The notes: a model not told the origin generated them from the letters alone. Positions 10,949 to 20,785 are shown, counted from the first letter of the stretch. The stretch: DNA of 60,941 nucleotides from Flavobacterium sp. (GCA_047622645.1 JBLHNH010000001.1:1-60941); one strand, 5' to 3'. Numbers and translations are program-made.

Positions 10949-12931
10949 ATGTTAGAAGAAAAGAATGATAACCTGCAAAATGCAGATGGAGAAAACGAAC
11001 AAGAACTAATACAAGAAACTACTGCAATTCAAGATATTACTGAAGATGAAGTAGTTGAAGTAAAAAAGGAAGTTCAACCTGTTGTGGAAGAAGTAACTGA
11101 AGAAGTTGTTACTGAAAAAACTACATCAAATGCTGCAACGGATGAAATTGACAATTCAAATGCAGAAGAAAGTGAAGACGACACTATAAAAGACAGGCAT
11201 GAAATTCCAGTTTTGGATTATGACGCAATGTCTATGGAAGCACTTACTGAAGAATTAGAAAAATTAGTTTCTAATGAAAAAGTAATGGCAATAAAAGACC
11301 ATGTAGAAGAAATTAAAAAAGCATTTATGTCTCATTTTCATGATTTATTGGAAGAGAAACGTGAAGAATATAGTGAGCAAAACGAAGGAAATACAGAAGG
11401 TTTTGAGTTTCATTCGGCAATAAAAAATAAATTTGATGCCGTTTTTGATGATTATCGTTCAAAAAAATCAAAACATTACAACCAATTACAAAGCAACTTA
11501 AAAAATAATTTTGAAGTTAGAAATACTATCATTGAAGACTTAAAAAATCTTATTGAGTCTACTGATGATTCTATTGGTGATATGTTCAAAAAAATGAACG
11601 AAATTAGAGAACGCTGGAATAATGCTGGTTCTATTCCTAGAGATAAATACAATATCCTTTGGAATAACTATCATTTTCATGTAGAGCGTTTTTATGATTT
11701 AATTCATCTAGATAAAGAAGCTCGTGACCAAGATTTTAAAAACAATTTAGAGCAAAAACAACAACTAATTGTTCGTGCTAATGATTTATTAGCCGAACCA
11801 GATGTAATTAAAGCTTTTAGAGAATTGCAGTTATTACATAGAGTTTGGAAAGAAGAAGTTGGTCCAGTCGATAGAGAACATAGGGAAGCTGTTTGGAATG
11901 AATTTAGTGAAATTACTAAACAAATGCATGACAAACGTGAAGCATTAAATGCAAATGCTCATGAACGTGAATTGGAGCATTTTGAAGCTAAACAAAAAAT
12001 AATAGCTAGTATAAATGATTTGAGTACCGAAGAAGTTAACGGTCATAAAGGTTGGCAAAACCAAATGAAAAAAATGGAAGCTTTACGCGAAACTTTTTTC
12101 AAAGCCGGAAAAGTACCTGTAGAATTAAACGAAGAAACTTGGGCAAAATTTAAAAATGCTGTTCGTGACTTCAATAAAAATAAAAATGCTTTTTATAAAG
12201 AAATCAAGCATGACCAACAAGATAATTTGAATAAAAAAATGGTTTTGGTTGAAAAAGCAAAAGCATTAAAAGATAGTGAAGACTTTAAAGAAACTACTCC
12301 AATAATGAAGCAAATTCAAGAAGAATGGAAGAAGATTGGTCATGTACCAAGAAAACATTCTGATTCTGTTTGGAAAGACTTTAAATCGGCTTGTAATGCC
12401 TATTTTGATAGATTACACAAAGTTCAAAACGAAGAAAACAAAGAAGAAGTTGAAGCGTTTGAAAACAAGAAAAACTTTTTAGACGAAATTAAGTCGTTTG
12501 AATTAGTTGGTGATCACAAAAAAGATTTAGATGCTATAAAAGTAAACATTGAAAAATGGAAATCATTTGGAAGAGTTCCTTTTAACAAAAGACATATTGA
12601 AGGTAAATTTAATAAAATCTTAGATGCTCTTTTTGAAAAATTAAGTTTATCTAAAAAAGACACAGAATTAATGAAGTTTGAAAATCGTTTAGAGCATTTA
12701 GCTGAAAACGAAGACAGTAGAGCTTTAGAAAAAGAATCGTATTTTTTACGTAAAAGAATTGATGAAGTTCAAAGTGAAATTTTACAATTAGAAAACAACA
12801 TTCAATTTATAACTTCAAGTTCTAAAAAAGGAGAAAATCCATTTATAAAAGAAGTACATAAAAATATTGACAAACATAAAGAAGATTTAAAAATTTGGAA
12901 AGAAAAACTTTCAATATTAAATCAATTATAA
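10949..12931 (+). CDS. DUF349 domain protein
   Basis: Acidic N-terminus; repeated W-x-x-x-G-x-V-P/R helical units (WKKIGHVPRK, WKSFGRVP). Confidence 0.88.
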   Translation: MLEEKNDNLQNADGENEQELIQETTAIQDITEDEVVEVKKEVQPVVEEVTEEVVTEKTTSNAATDEIDNSNAEESEDDTIKDRHEIPVLDYDAMSMEALTEELEKLVSNEKVMAIKDHVEEIKKAFMSHFHDLLEEKREEYSEQNEGNTEGFEFHSAIKNKFDAVFDDYRSKKSKHYNQLQSNLKNNFEVRNTIIEDLKNLIESTDDSIGDMFKKMNEIRERWNNAGSIPRDKYNILWNNYHFHVERFYDLIHLDKEARDQDFKNNLEQKQQLIVRANDLLAEPDVIKAFRELQLLHRVWKEEVGPVDREHREAVWNEFSEITKQMHDKREALNANAHERELEHFEAKQKIIASINDLSTEEVNGHKGWQNQMKKMEALRETFFKAGKVPVELNEETWAKFKNAVRDFNKNKNAFYKEIKHDQQDNLNKKMVLVEKAKALKDSEDFKETTPIMKQIQEEWKKIGHVPRKHSDSVWKDFKSACNAYFDRLHKVQNEENKEEVEAFENKKNFLDEIKSFELVGDHKKDLDAIKVNIEKWKSFGRVPFNKRHIEGKFNKILDALFEKLSLSKKDTELMKFENRLEHLAENEDSRALEKESYFLRKRIDEVQSEILQLENNIQFITSSSKKGENPFIKEVHKNIDKHKEDLKIWKEKLSILNQL

Positions 12932-12938
12932 AAATTAT

Positions 12939-13481
12939 ATGTTGAAAAAAGTTTATAGTTTATTACTCTTAACTTTATTGATATCATGTTCAGATAGTGA
13001 TATTTACAAAACAAAATCAGATGAATACGCAAGTAAATCTGGAAATTTTATTGCAAAATTTCCAGATGAACCTGTAAAAAATGTTATTGAAAATAATATT
13101 GGTTCAGAAAAATTTGAAACTACGATATTTGCTACTTCATTAGGACCAAACAAATTTTTTAGTGTAACTTATGATGATCTTCCAACAAATTTAATTGGAT
13201 TAACTACAGATGAAGAACTCTACGATAGAATGATTGAAAATGTTCTGTTTAGGTTAAAAGATGCTTTTAAAGTTGAACATAAAAAAGAAATTATACAACA
13301 TGGTTTAAAAGGTGTTTTCTATATTTTAGAATTTAAAGATAAATCTTTAAGAAATCAAGGCTATATTTCCATGAAACTCTTTAGAAACAAGAATCTTTTT
13401 TATAATATATCTTATAATGGAAAAAACGATAAAAGTATTGATCCATTTATGAATTCATTTAGGTTAATTAAATCTAATTGA
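12939..13481 (+). CDS. Hypothetical lipoprotein
   Basis: Lipobox LLISC after a hydrophobic stretch; 7 nt downstream of the DUF349 gene. Confidence 0.7.
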   Translation: MLKKVYSLLLLTLLISCSDSDIYKTKSDEYASKSGNFIAKFPDEPVKNVIENNIGSEKFETTIFATSLGPNKFFSVTYDDLPTNLIGLTTDEELYDRMIENVLFRLKDAFKVEHKKEIIQHGLKGVFYILEFKDKSLRNQGYISMKLFRNKNLFYNISYNGKNDKSIDPFMNSFRLIKSN

Positions 13482-13482
13482 T

Positions 13483-13716
13483 TTATTTCTTAAAGCTATA
13501 TTCTCTTTACACCAAACAAATTCGAGTTGTTTAGGATTTGAAAAAATCACTTCTGCTCTTTTCTTGAGCCATAAGATAGTTCATGTTTTGTTTCCATTTT
13601 TTATTAGATTTCAAATATGAAACATTAATTCCAGTGACATCTCAAGCGCATTCAACACCAATAAAACCTTCTTCAATTTCGGTTCGTTCTGATGTGAATA
13701 TTACTGAGTAATACAT
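13483..13716 (-). pseudogene. Decayed antibiotic-biosynthesis-monooxygenase (ABM) family gene
   Basis: Manual translation: MYYSVIFTSERTEIEEGFIGVECA*DVTGINVSYLKSNKKWKQNMNYLMAQEKSRSDFFKS*TTRICLV*REYSFKK*. Resembles small ABM proteins; three in-frame stops and apparent internal deletions. Confidence 0.8.
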
Positions 13717-13760
13717 TTTTTGTTTATTTGTAAAATTGTTGAACTTTCAATCTGAAAAAA

Positions 13761-13822
13761 TTTGGCTAAAGCCATTTAGATGTTAAACTTATAACCGTTG
13801 ACTGAAGTCAACGGCAAATGAA
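13761..13822. repeat. REP-like palindromic element
   Basis: GGCTAAAGCC mini-palindrome, then a 20-nt palindrome CCGTTGACTGAAGTCAACGG (13795-13814); GC-rich in an AT-rich spacer. Confidence 0.6.
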
Positions 13823-13858
13823 AAATTGAGATTAGCAAAATATTTTTTTAATATAAAA

Positions 13859-13903
13859 CTGCTTTCTAAATTCTACATTCTGCCAACTAAGCACTGATTA
13901 CTA
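13859..13903 (-). repeat. Heptamer YAG array starting at the mazG stop codon
   Basis: Minus strand TAGTAAT CAGTGCT TAGTTGG CAGAATG TAGAATT TAGAAAG CAG: seven YAG at exact period 7. Confidence 0.8.
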
Positions 13904-14674
13904 TAATCTTTTCGCTTCTTCCCAAAAAACATCCATTTCTGCCAAAGACATTTCAGATAAATCTTTACCTAATTCACCGGCTTTACTTTCCAAATACATA
14001 AAACGTTTCATGAATTTTTTATTTGTTCGTTCTAAAGCGTCTTCTGGATTGATTTTTAAGAAACGAGCATAATTAATAATGGAGAACAAAACATCGCCAA
14101 ATTCGGCTTCCATTTTATCTTGATTGCCCGATTCAACTTCAACTTGCAGTTCATTTAACTCTTCTTGCACTTTATCCCAAACCTGATGGCTTTCTTCCCA
14201 ATCAAATCCGACACCTTTTACTTTATCTTGAATGCGGCTTGCTTTTACCAAAGCTGGTAAACTTTTAGGAACACCTTCTAAAACTGATTTTCTACCTTCT
14301 TTTAGTTTAAGTTTTTCCCAATTGCGCTTTACTTCTTCTTCATCTTCTACTACTACATCTCCATAAATATGTGGATGTCTATCAATTAATTTATCACAAA
14401 TTGAATTAGCTACATCAGCAATATCAAAATCATTAGTTTCACTTCCTATTTTTGAATAAAACACAATGTGTAACAACAAATCACCCAACTCTTTTTTAAT
14501 TTCTTGAAGATCATTATCCAAAATTGCATCACCTAATTCATAAGTTTCTTCAATGGTTAAGTGACGAAGACTTTCTAAAGTTTGCTTCTTATCCCAAGGA
14601 CATTTCTCACGCAACTCATCCATAATATCTAACAAACGATTAAAAGCTGCTAATTGATTTTCTCTGTTGTTCAT
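13901..14674 (-). CDS. mazG: Nucleoside triphosphate pyrophosphohydrolase MazG
   Basis: CPWDKKQT, EETYE, ELGDLLLHIVF, KLIDRHPH, EFGDVLF; tandem MazG domains. Confidence 0.96.
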   Translation of the reverse strand: MNNRENQLAAFNRLLDIMDELREKCPWDKKQTLESLRHLTIEETYELGDAILDNDLQEIKKELGDLLLHIVFYSKIGSETNDFDIADVANSICDKLIDRHPHIYGDVVVEDEEEVKRNWEKLKLKEGRKSVLEGVPKSLPALVKASRIQDKVKGVGFDWEESHQVWDKVQEELNELQVEVESGNQDKMEAEFGDVLFSIINYARFLKINPEDALERTNKKFMKRFMYLESKAGELGKDLSEMSLAEMDVFWEEAKRL

Positions 14675-14843
14675 GTTATTTATATTGTTGTTGAAATTGA
14701 GTTTTGCTATTGATACTGAATAACTGTAAAATTATGGAAATATTTTTAGAAGCAACTTATAATTGAGTTTTAATGCTAATCATTTGTCTTTTGAGTTTAA
14801 GATTTTATATATTTGAAAAAACAATAAGTTACTCTAATATATT

Positions 14844-15323
14844 ATGAAAAATATTTTTTTTGTTCTAACGTTTCTAATTGCATTAAACTTTTATGGCCAA
14901 GAGAAAAAAACAGATTATTATATATTTAAAAATGATTCAATAGAATACTCAAGAATAGATTACTCAAAATACGGAATTGCTCATATTTTCATTACAATGT
15001 ATAATGAAAATGCAAGTACAAAAGAAATTGAATTGAATGCTACTAATTCTCTTAGCCAAGAATCTAATTTATATCACACCCTTTTCTTTTTTATAAAAAC
15101 AACTGTTGATTACAATCAAAAAGAAAAAGAAAAAATATTCAATGCTATTCTTCAAAAAATAATTAATGCTGAAAAATTAAATCATATTATTAATCTATTT
15201 TTTAATTTTGATTCTGACAATCCAATTAGGTATAACAATATAAAAACAGATACTAATTATACTATAAAAAGATTAATTTATGATATTAATTCAAAAAACA
15301 TAACTAAATACCTTTTTATTTAA
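14844..15323 (+). CDS. Hypothetical secreted protein
   Basis: Signal peptide ending FYG-Q; TATATTTG -7 element at 14808-14815. Confidence 0.6.
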   Translation: MKNIFFVLTFLIALNFYGQEKKTDYYIFKNDSIEYSRIDYSKYGIAHIFITMYNENASTKEIELNATNSLSQESNLYHTLFFFIKTTVDYNQKEKEKIFNAILQKIINAEKLNHIINLFFNFDSDNPIRYNNIKTDTNYTIKRLIYDINSKNITKYLFI

Positions 15324-15347
15324 ATTTAAACTAGTAAACAAAAAAAC

Positions 15348-15764
15348 ATGAATCCAATTATCAAAAATATTTTAGCAGTCATTCTTGGCTGGTTCGGAGG
15401 AAGTATCATCAATATGGGACTTGTACAAGCTGGTAATACCATTTTTCCCATCGAAGGAATTGATCCAAACAGTATGGAAGCATTAGCAGCTGTTATGCCA
15501 ACTTTATCCTCAGAACATTTTATTTTTCCGTTTTTAGCTCATGCCTTAGGAACTTTAGCTGGTGCAGCTATAGCTTATTATTTTGCTGCAACTCATAAAA
15601 TGACGTTTGCACTAGCAATTGGTGGTTTGTTTCTTCTTGGGGGAATTGCTGTCAATTATATGCTACCTGGTCCAACATGGTTTGCTGTTTTAGACATTGC
15701 TTTAGCCTACATTCCAATGGCTTGGATTGGTGCAAAAGTAGCTAAGTCTTTTTCAAAGAAATAA
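15348..15764 (+). CDS. Conserved hypothetical membrane protein
   Basis: Four hydrophobic helices; FPFLAHALGTL and DIALAYIPMAW segments. Confidence 0.75.
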   Translation: MNPIIKNILAVILGWFGGSIINMGLVQAGNTIFPIEGIDPNSMEALAAVMPTLSSEHFIFPFLAHALGTLAGAAIAYYFAATHKMTFALAIGGLFLLGGIAVNYMLPGPTWFAVLDIALAYIPMAWIGAKVAKSFSKK

Positions 15765-15787
15765 ATGTTAAACATATTTTTTACTAT

Positions 15788-15820
15788 AAAAAAAGTCCAA
15801 ACATACGTTTGGACTTTTTT
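15788..15820. terminator. Bidirectional intrinsic terminator
   Basis: AAAAAAAGTCCAAAC ATAC GTTTGGACTTTTTT between convergent genes. Confidence 0.9.
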
Positions 15821-15837
15821 ATATCTTTTAAATAAGC

Positions 15838-16263
15838 TTACTCTGAAGCTTCTTCTGGTTTTTCTTGTGCGGTTAATGCTTCAATAGAAATCATTCCTTT
15901 TGATTGCAATAAATTGTACCAGTTCATTACTTTTTTAATGTCTGAAGTATAAACTCTATCTTCATCAAATTCTGGTAAAATTTCTCTAAAATATGCTTTT
16001 AAATTTTCATCTGTTTCTTTGTGAGAAATAGCTGGACCTTCATTTTCTTTTGTTGCAATTGCTTTAAAAATTTCGGCTAGACGAACTTCTTCGTTATACG
16101 TGTAAACAGCAATTTCAGATAACAAACTCACGTTTGCTCTTAAACCAACAGTTATTTTTTTTCCGTCTAATAAAGATTCAGCTACAAATCCTGTACGTGT
16201 TTGTAATTTTAAATCATATAATCCTGGCTTTCCAGAAATAGCTAGTATTTTTTGTAAACTCAT
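15838..16263 (-). CDS. DUF5606 family protein
   Basis: ILAISGKPGLY and DEDRVYTSDIKK..WYNLL motifs. Start set at 16263 because a -7 element (TATATTTG, 16285-16292 minus) overlaps the ORF-track start. Confidence 0.8.
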   Translation of the reverse strand: MSLQKILAISGKPGLYDLKLQTRTGFVAESLLDGKKITVGLRANVSLLSEIAVYTYNEEVRLAEIFKAIATKENEGPAISHKETDENLKAYFREILPEFDEDRVYTSDIKKVMNWYNLLQSKGMISIEALTAQEKPEEASE

Positions 16264-16360
16264 TTTAATGTAATTATTGGGTGGCAAATATATATTTTAA
16301 ATTTTAAATTCCAAATTTCAATCTATAATTTGTTAATTATTTCAACTTAAAATTTCTTAA

Positions 16361-16948
16361 TTATCTTCCTTTTTTATTGGCAAACTTCATTCTATAATCA
16401 GGAAAAGATTTACCTTCTATGATATTATTTAATTTTTTAGCAATCAGTTTTCTTTTTAACGTTGAAACGTGGTCCGTAAATAAAATTCCTTCTATATGAT
16501 CATATTCATGCTGAATCACACGAGCAATTAAACCATTATATACTTCGGTTTTCTTGTTAAAGTCTTCATCAAAATATTCAATTGTAATAGTATCATAACG
16601 AGAAACATCTTCACGAACATCAGGAATACTTAAACATCCTTCATTAAAACTCCAAATAGTTCCTTCTTCTTTTAAGATTTTTGCATTTATAAATGTTTGT
16701 TTAAAAACTTTTAATTCAGCAGCTTCTTCTTTAGAAACATCATCACTTTCCGCAAAAGGAGAAGAATCAACGATAAAGATACGAATTGGCATTCCAACTT
16801 GTGGAGCAGCTAATCCAACACCAAAAGCGTTATTCATAGTCTCATACATATTGGCGATCACTTCTTTAAGATTTGGATGATCTTTAGCAATTTCTTCGCA
16901 ATGTTTTCTTAAAACGGCTTCGCCATAACCATATATTGGTAAAATCAT
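16361..16948 (-). CDS. def: Peptide deformylase
   Basis: GVGLAAPQVG, EGCLSIP, QHEYDH motifs. Confidence 0.97.
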   Translation of the reverse strand: MILPIYGYGEAVLRKHCEEIAKDHPNLKEVIANMYETMNNAFGVGLAAPQVGMPIRIFIVDSSPFAESDDVSKEEAAELKVFKQTFINAKILKEEGTIWSFNEGCLSIPDVREDVSRYDTITIEYFDEDFNKKTEVYNGLIARVIQHEYDHIEGILFTDHVSTLKRKLIAKKLNNIIEGKSFPDYRMKFANKKGR

Positions 16949-17052
16949 TTTTTTAAATTATTTAAGTAATAAAACTTATTTGATGCAAAAATACTATTTT
17001 GATTTGAGTATAAAAAGTTAAATTGTTGAACTTTTATCTAAAAAGCCATCAT

Positions 17053-17077
17053 CTGAAAATCTGTCTTCTAAATTCTA
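17053..17077 (-). repeat. Short YAG array starting at the ruvX stop codon
   Basis: Minus strand TAGAATT TAGAAGA CAGATTTT CAG (periods 7, 7, 8). Confidence 0.5.
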
Positions 17078-17485
17078 CTTCCTATTCATATAATCTTGTA
17101 ACATAATCGTAGCAGCAATTTCGTCAATCAAAGCTTTGTTTTTACGTTGATTCTTCTTTAAACCACTATCAATCATCGTTTGAAATGCCATTTTTGAAGT
17201 AAAACGTTCATCTATTCTATCTAAAGGCATTTCTGGAAAAGTAATTTTAAATGTCTTGATGAATTTTTCTATAATTACCGCACTTTCAGAAGGAGTTCCA
17301 TCCATTTGTTTTGGTTCACCTACAATAACTTTTTCGACTTTCTCTTTAGAAAAATAGTCTTTTAAAAAAGCAATTAAGGTTTCTGAAGGAACAGTTGTTA
17401 AGCCTGAAGCAATAATTTGCATTTCATCTGTTATGGCTATTCCTGTTCTTTTCATTCCGTAATCTATGGATAGAATTCTTGGCAT
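17075..17485 (-). CDS. ruvX: YqgF/RuvX family RNase H-fold nuclease (pre-16S rRNA processing)
   Basis: ILSIDYGMKRTGIA, VGEP, DERFTS, DEIAATIMLQ. Confidence 0.93.
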   Translation of the reverse strand: MPRILSIDYGMKRTGIAITDEMQIIASGLTTVPSETLIAFLKDYFSKEKVEKVIVGEPKQMDGTPSESAVIIEKFIKTFKITFPEMPLDRIDERFTSKMAFQTMIDSGLKKNQRKNKALIDEIAATIMLQDYMNRK

Positions 17486-17645
17486 TTTTATTTTTTTTTT
17501 GTAAAGATACTAGTTTTATAACTTGTGTATTTTCATATTGGTTAAAAACTACATTAAAAACAGATAAATGAATAATTAATTACAATCGTACTTTTGAATT
17601 CTGTTCAACTGTAAAAATATTTTATCTTTGTCAAAATTTTATAAA

Positions 17646-18461
17646 ATGCAAAACTTACAAACTATCATAGAAAAAGCTTGGGAAAACCGTGCTTTACTGC
17701 AAGAAACTGAAACATTAACTGCTATTAGAGAAGTTATTGAATTATTAGATAACGGAAAATTACGTGTTGCTGAACCGACAACTAATGGCTGGCAAGTCAA
17801 CGAATGGGTTAAAAAAGCAGTCGTAATGTATTTCCCAATTCAAAAAATGGAAACTTGGGAAAGTGGGATTTTTGAATATCATGATAAAATGGAATTAAAA
17901 CGCAATTATGCCGAAAAAGGTATTCGAGTTGTTCCTCCAGCTGTAGCTAGATACGGTGCTTATATTTCTAAAGGTGTAATTTTGATGCCAAGTTATGTAA
18001 ATATTGGTGCTTATGTAGACGAAGGAACAATGGTTGATACTTGGGCTACCGTAGGAAGTTGTGCTCAAATTGGTAAAAATGTACATCTTTCTGGAGGAGT
18101 TGGAATTGGTGGTGTTTTAGAACCTTTACAAGCGGCTCCGGTTATAATTGAAGACGGCGCTTTTATCGGTTCAAGATGTATTGTTGTAGAAGGTGTTCGT
18201 ATTGAAAAAGAAGCTGTTTTAGGAGCAAATGTAGTTTTGACAGGTTCGACTAAAATTATTGATGTTACAGGTGATGAACCTATTGAATACAAAGGAATTG
18301 TTCCTGCAAGATGTGTAGTAATTCCAGGAAGTTATACTAAGAAATTTGCTGCTGGAGAATTTCAAGTGCCTTGTGCTTTAATAATTGGAAAACGTAAACC
18401 TTCAACAGATTTAAAAACATCTTTAAATGATGCTTTACGCGAATATAATGTAGCCGTTTAA
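17646..18461 (+). CDS. dapD: Tetrahydrodipicolinate N-succinyltransferase
   Basis: WQVNEWVKKA, RVVPPA, VDTWATVGSCAQIG, GGVLEPLQA. The ORF-track TTG lies inside the TATCTTTG promoter element (17623-17630), so ATG 17646 is used. Confidence 0.95.
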   Translation: MQNLQTIIEKAWENRALLQETETLTAIREVIELLDNGKLRVAEPTTNGWQVNEWVKKAVVMYFPIQKMETWESGIFEYHDKMELKRNYAEKGIRVVPPAVARYGAYISKGVILMPSYVNIGAYVDEGTMVDTWATVGSCAQIGKNVHLSGGVGIGGVLEPLQAAPVIIEDGAFIGSRCIVVEGVRIEKEAVLGANVVLTGSTKIIDVTGDEPIEYKGIVPARCVVIPGSYTKKFAAGEFQVPCALIIGKRKPSTDLKTSLNDALREYNVAV

Positions 18462-18518
18462 TTTATAGATTATGGCAATAAAATTCAATAATAATATTTG
18501 AATAACTATATTGGTAGT

Positions 18519-18853
18519 GTGAAATTATTTTTTAAAGGGTATTTTTTTTAGTCGTATTTTTTTATCAACTGTGTAGAATTTTTATCTTTTTTTTAAACAA
18601 AAACTCCTTTAATGGATTAACAATTATAACCTTTTTGGGTGGTTTACACTTTGATTTCTCAGCTATAGCTTATATCAATATTATCTTTGCTATTATGCAT
18701 TTTGTTCAAGGTAATTTTAAGAAAGATGAATTGATAAAAACCAATTTAATTTCGACTGAAAAAGAAAAAAGAATAGAAATGGAACGATTTATTAAAGCAC
18801 ATTTGCAATCGTTTAACGAACGAATCATCAACAATCAGTTAACGGTTCATTAA
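18519..18853 (+). pseudogene. Internally deleted LTA synthase/sulfatase-family gene remnant
   Basis: GTG start, frameshift in a T run, then RVFFLVVFFYQLCRIFIFFLN..FLGGLHFDFSAIAYINIIF (family N-terminus) joined directly to KDELIKTNLI..ERFIKAHLQSFNERIINNQL (family C-terminus). Confidence 0.7.
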
Positions 18854-19600
18854 TTTTTCTTGTCGTTGTAATTTTAATAATTTAGCATATTTCATGTGTG
18901 AAAAGAAACCCTGAATTAACGCGATTGTGATTCCGTCAATTCCATTGAAAAGGCCTTTTTTAAAGAAATAACATCTTATAAAAGCTGTTAAACCATTAAT
19001 TACTGGTTTGGCTGGTCCTACTCTTTTACCTTGGTCAAAAAGTTGTTGTGCATGCCAAGTTGAATATTGATTTTTCTTGGCTACAATTTGTTCTAAAGAA
19101 TCCCAACCATAATGTAAAATATGAACAGGGATTTTCTTTTCGTTTGTTGTTAGTATCGATTGATGTACTTTAGCCTCAGATGGTTTTGCTGTTTGTTTAT
19201 TAAAAAAACGAACCTTATGATCTGGATACCAACCAGAAAAATCAATAAGTTCATCACCTAAAAAGTTTTTTACCCTAAAAGAAAAAGCATCGTAATTTCC
19301 AATTAAATATTTTTTGTTTAAGATAAACTCTTCTGCATCTTTATCTAAAAACTCATCTGCATCTAAATTTAAAATCCAATCATTTTTACAATAAGGTAAA
19401 CCATGGCTTCGTTGTGGTCCATCACCTAAAAAAGCTTGTGAAATTACTTTTGCACCTTTAGATTCGGCAATTTCAACAGTTTTATCTTTACTTAAAGAAT
19501 CAACTATAATTACTTCATCACAAATTTTAAACAAAGCATCTATACATTTACCAATGTTTTTTTCTTCGTTATACGTGATTACTAAACCGCTGATTGCCAT
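18839..19600 (-). CDS. GT2 glycosyltransferase (LPS beta-1,4-glucosyltransferase-like)
   Basis: ITYNEE, VDSLSKDKT, WILNLDADE, GWYPD, ILHY. Confidence 0.9.
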   Translation of the reverse strand: MAISGLVITYNEEKNIGKCIDALFKICDEVIIVDSLSKDKTVEIAESKGAKVISQAFLGDGPQRSHGLPYCKNDWILNLDADEFLDKDAEEFILNKKYLIGNYDAFSFRVKNFLGDELIDFSGWYPDHKVRFFNKQTAKPSEAKVHQSILTTNEKKIPVHILHYGWDSLEQIVAKKNQYSTWHAQQLFDQGKRVGPAKPVINGLTAFIRCYFFKKGLFNGIDGITIALIQGFFSHMKYAKLLKLQRQEKLMNR

Positions 19601-19692
19601 AATTTGAATTTTATACTTGCAAAAATACAGTTTTTATTTAAAGTTTTTATGTTTGGTTATACTTATGTACTTTAGCGTTTTAATTTAGAAAA

Positions 19693-20751
19693 ATGAAAAT
19701 CTTAATCATTCAACAAAAACGAATTGGCGACGTTTTAACTAGTTCAATATTAGCCAATAGCCTTAAAAAAAGTTATCCAAACGCGATAATAGATTATATG
19801 TGTTATGCCAATTGTGTAGCTGTTTTAAAAGAAAACAAAGCCATTTCTAACATTATTGTTTTGGAACAAAACGTTAGAAAGAACTATTTATCATTGTTTA
19901 AATTCATTTTTAAAATTAGAAGTCAAAAATATGATGTTGTAATTGATGCTTACAGTAAATTAGAAACCAATTTGATCACTCTTTTTTCTGGTGCAAAGTA
20001 TAAAATATCTTATGACAAAGGATATTCAAAAGCATTTTACAATCACAATATTAAACGTTTACCAAATGGTACAAAAAGCAATTATGGTTTAGCTATTGAA
20101 AACAGATTGGGTTTGTTAAAACCTTTAATCAAAGAAGAAATCACTGATTTTAAACCAAAAATTTTTCTTTCAAATCAAGAAATTGAAGTAGCTAAAAAAA
20201 CAATTTTAGAAGCAAACATTCCTCAAAATCAACCCTTGTACATGATTGGAATTTTGGGAAGTGAATGGTACAAAACTTATCCATTGGAACATATGGCTGA
20301 ATTGCTTGATTATACTGTTGAAAAAACAAATGCTTCTTTACTTTTTAATTATATTCCTAATCAAAAAGAAGATGCTTTAAAGCTTTATAATTTATGTAAT
20401 GAGAAAACACAACAAGCAATTTTCTTTGATATTTATGGAAAAAGTCTTCGTGAATTTTTAGGATTATTATCACAATGTAATGCTTTGATTGGAAATGAAG
20501 GTGGTTCTGTAAATATGGCAAAAGCTTTGTTTGTTCCAACCTTTTCTTTGTTTTCTCCAAGTGTTGACAAAGAAACTTGGCAGATTTTTGAAGATGAGAA
20601 GAACATTTCAATTCATTTAAAAGATTTGAAACCAGAAATATATGCAGAACATGATGAAAAATACATCAAAGAACATACATTTAAATATTTTGAAGAATAT
20701 CCTCTTGCGTTGATTAAGGAAAAATTGAATGGTTTTTTTGAGGTTATTTAG
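19693..20751 (+). CDS. GT9 glycosyltransferase (heptosyltransferase family)
   Basis: KILIIQQKRIGDVLTS, YDVVID, LIGNEGGSVNMAKAL. Confidence 0.9.
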   Translation: MKILIIQQKRIGDVLTSSILANSLKKSYPNAIIDYMCYANCVAVLKENKAISNIIVLEQNVRKNYLSLFKFIFKIRSQKYDVVIDAYSKLETNLITLFSGAKYKISYDKGYSKAFYNHNIKRLPNGTKSNYGLAIENRLGLLKPLIKEEITDFKPKIFLSNQEIEVAKKTILEANIPQNQPLYMIGILGSEWYKTYPLEHMAELLDYTVEKTNASLLFNYIPNQKEDALKLYNLCNEKTQQAIFFDIYGKSLREFLGLLSQCNALIGNEGGSVNMAKALFVPTFSLFSPSVDKETWQIFEDEKNISIHLKDLKPEIYAEHDEKYIKEHTFKYFEEYPLALIKEKLNGFFEVI

Positions 20752-20785
20752 TTTGTTTTTAACAAAATTAAGAGTTTAACACAGG

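Noticed and set aside
13483-13716. Stop-codon readthrough or recoding in the ABM-like frame
   Set aside because: The stops are mixed (TGA and TAA) and come with deletions and loss of conserved Trp residues; decay is the simpler explanation.
13901-14674. mazG as part of a toxin-antitoxin or anti-phage module
   Set aside because: It is the tandem-domain housekeeping type, with no mazEF or defence genes nearby.
16296-16360. Heptamer-like run near the def stop (TTTAAAT TTTAAAT TCCAAAT TTCAATC)
   Set aside because: Almost pure A/T, so periodicity cannot be told from chance by eye; not counted with the YAG arrays.
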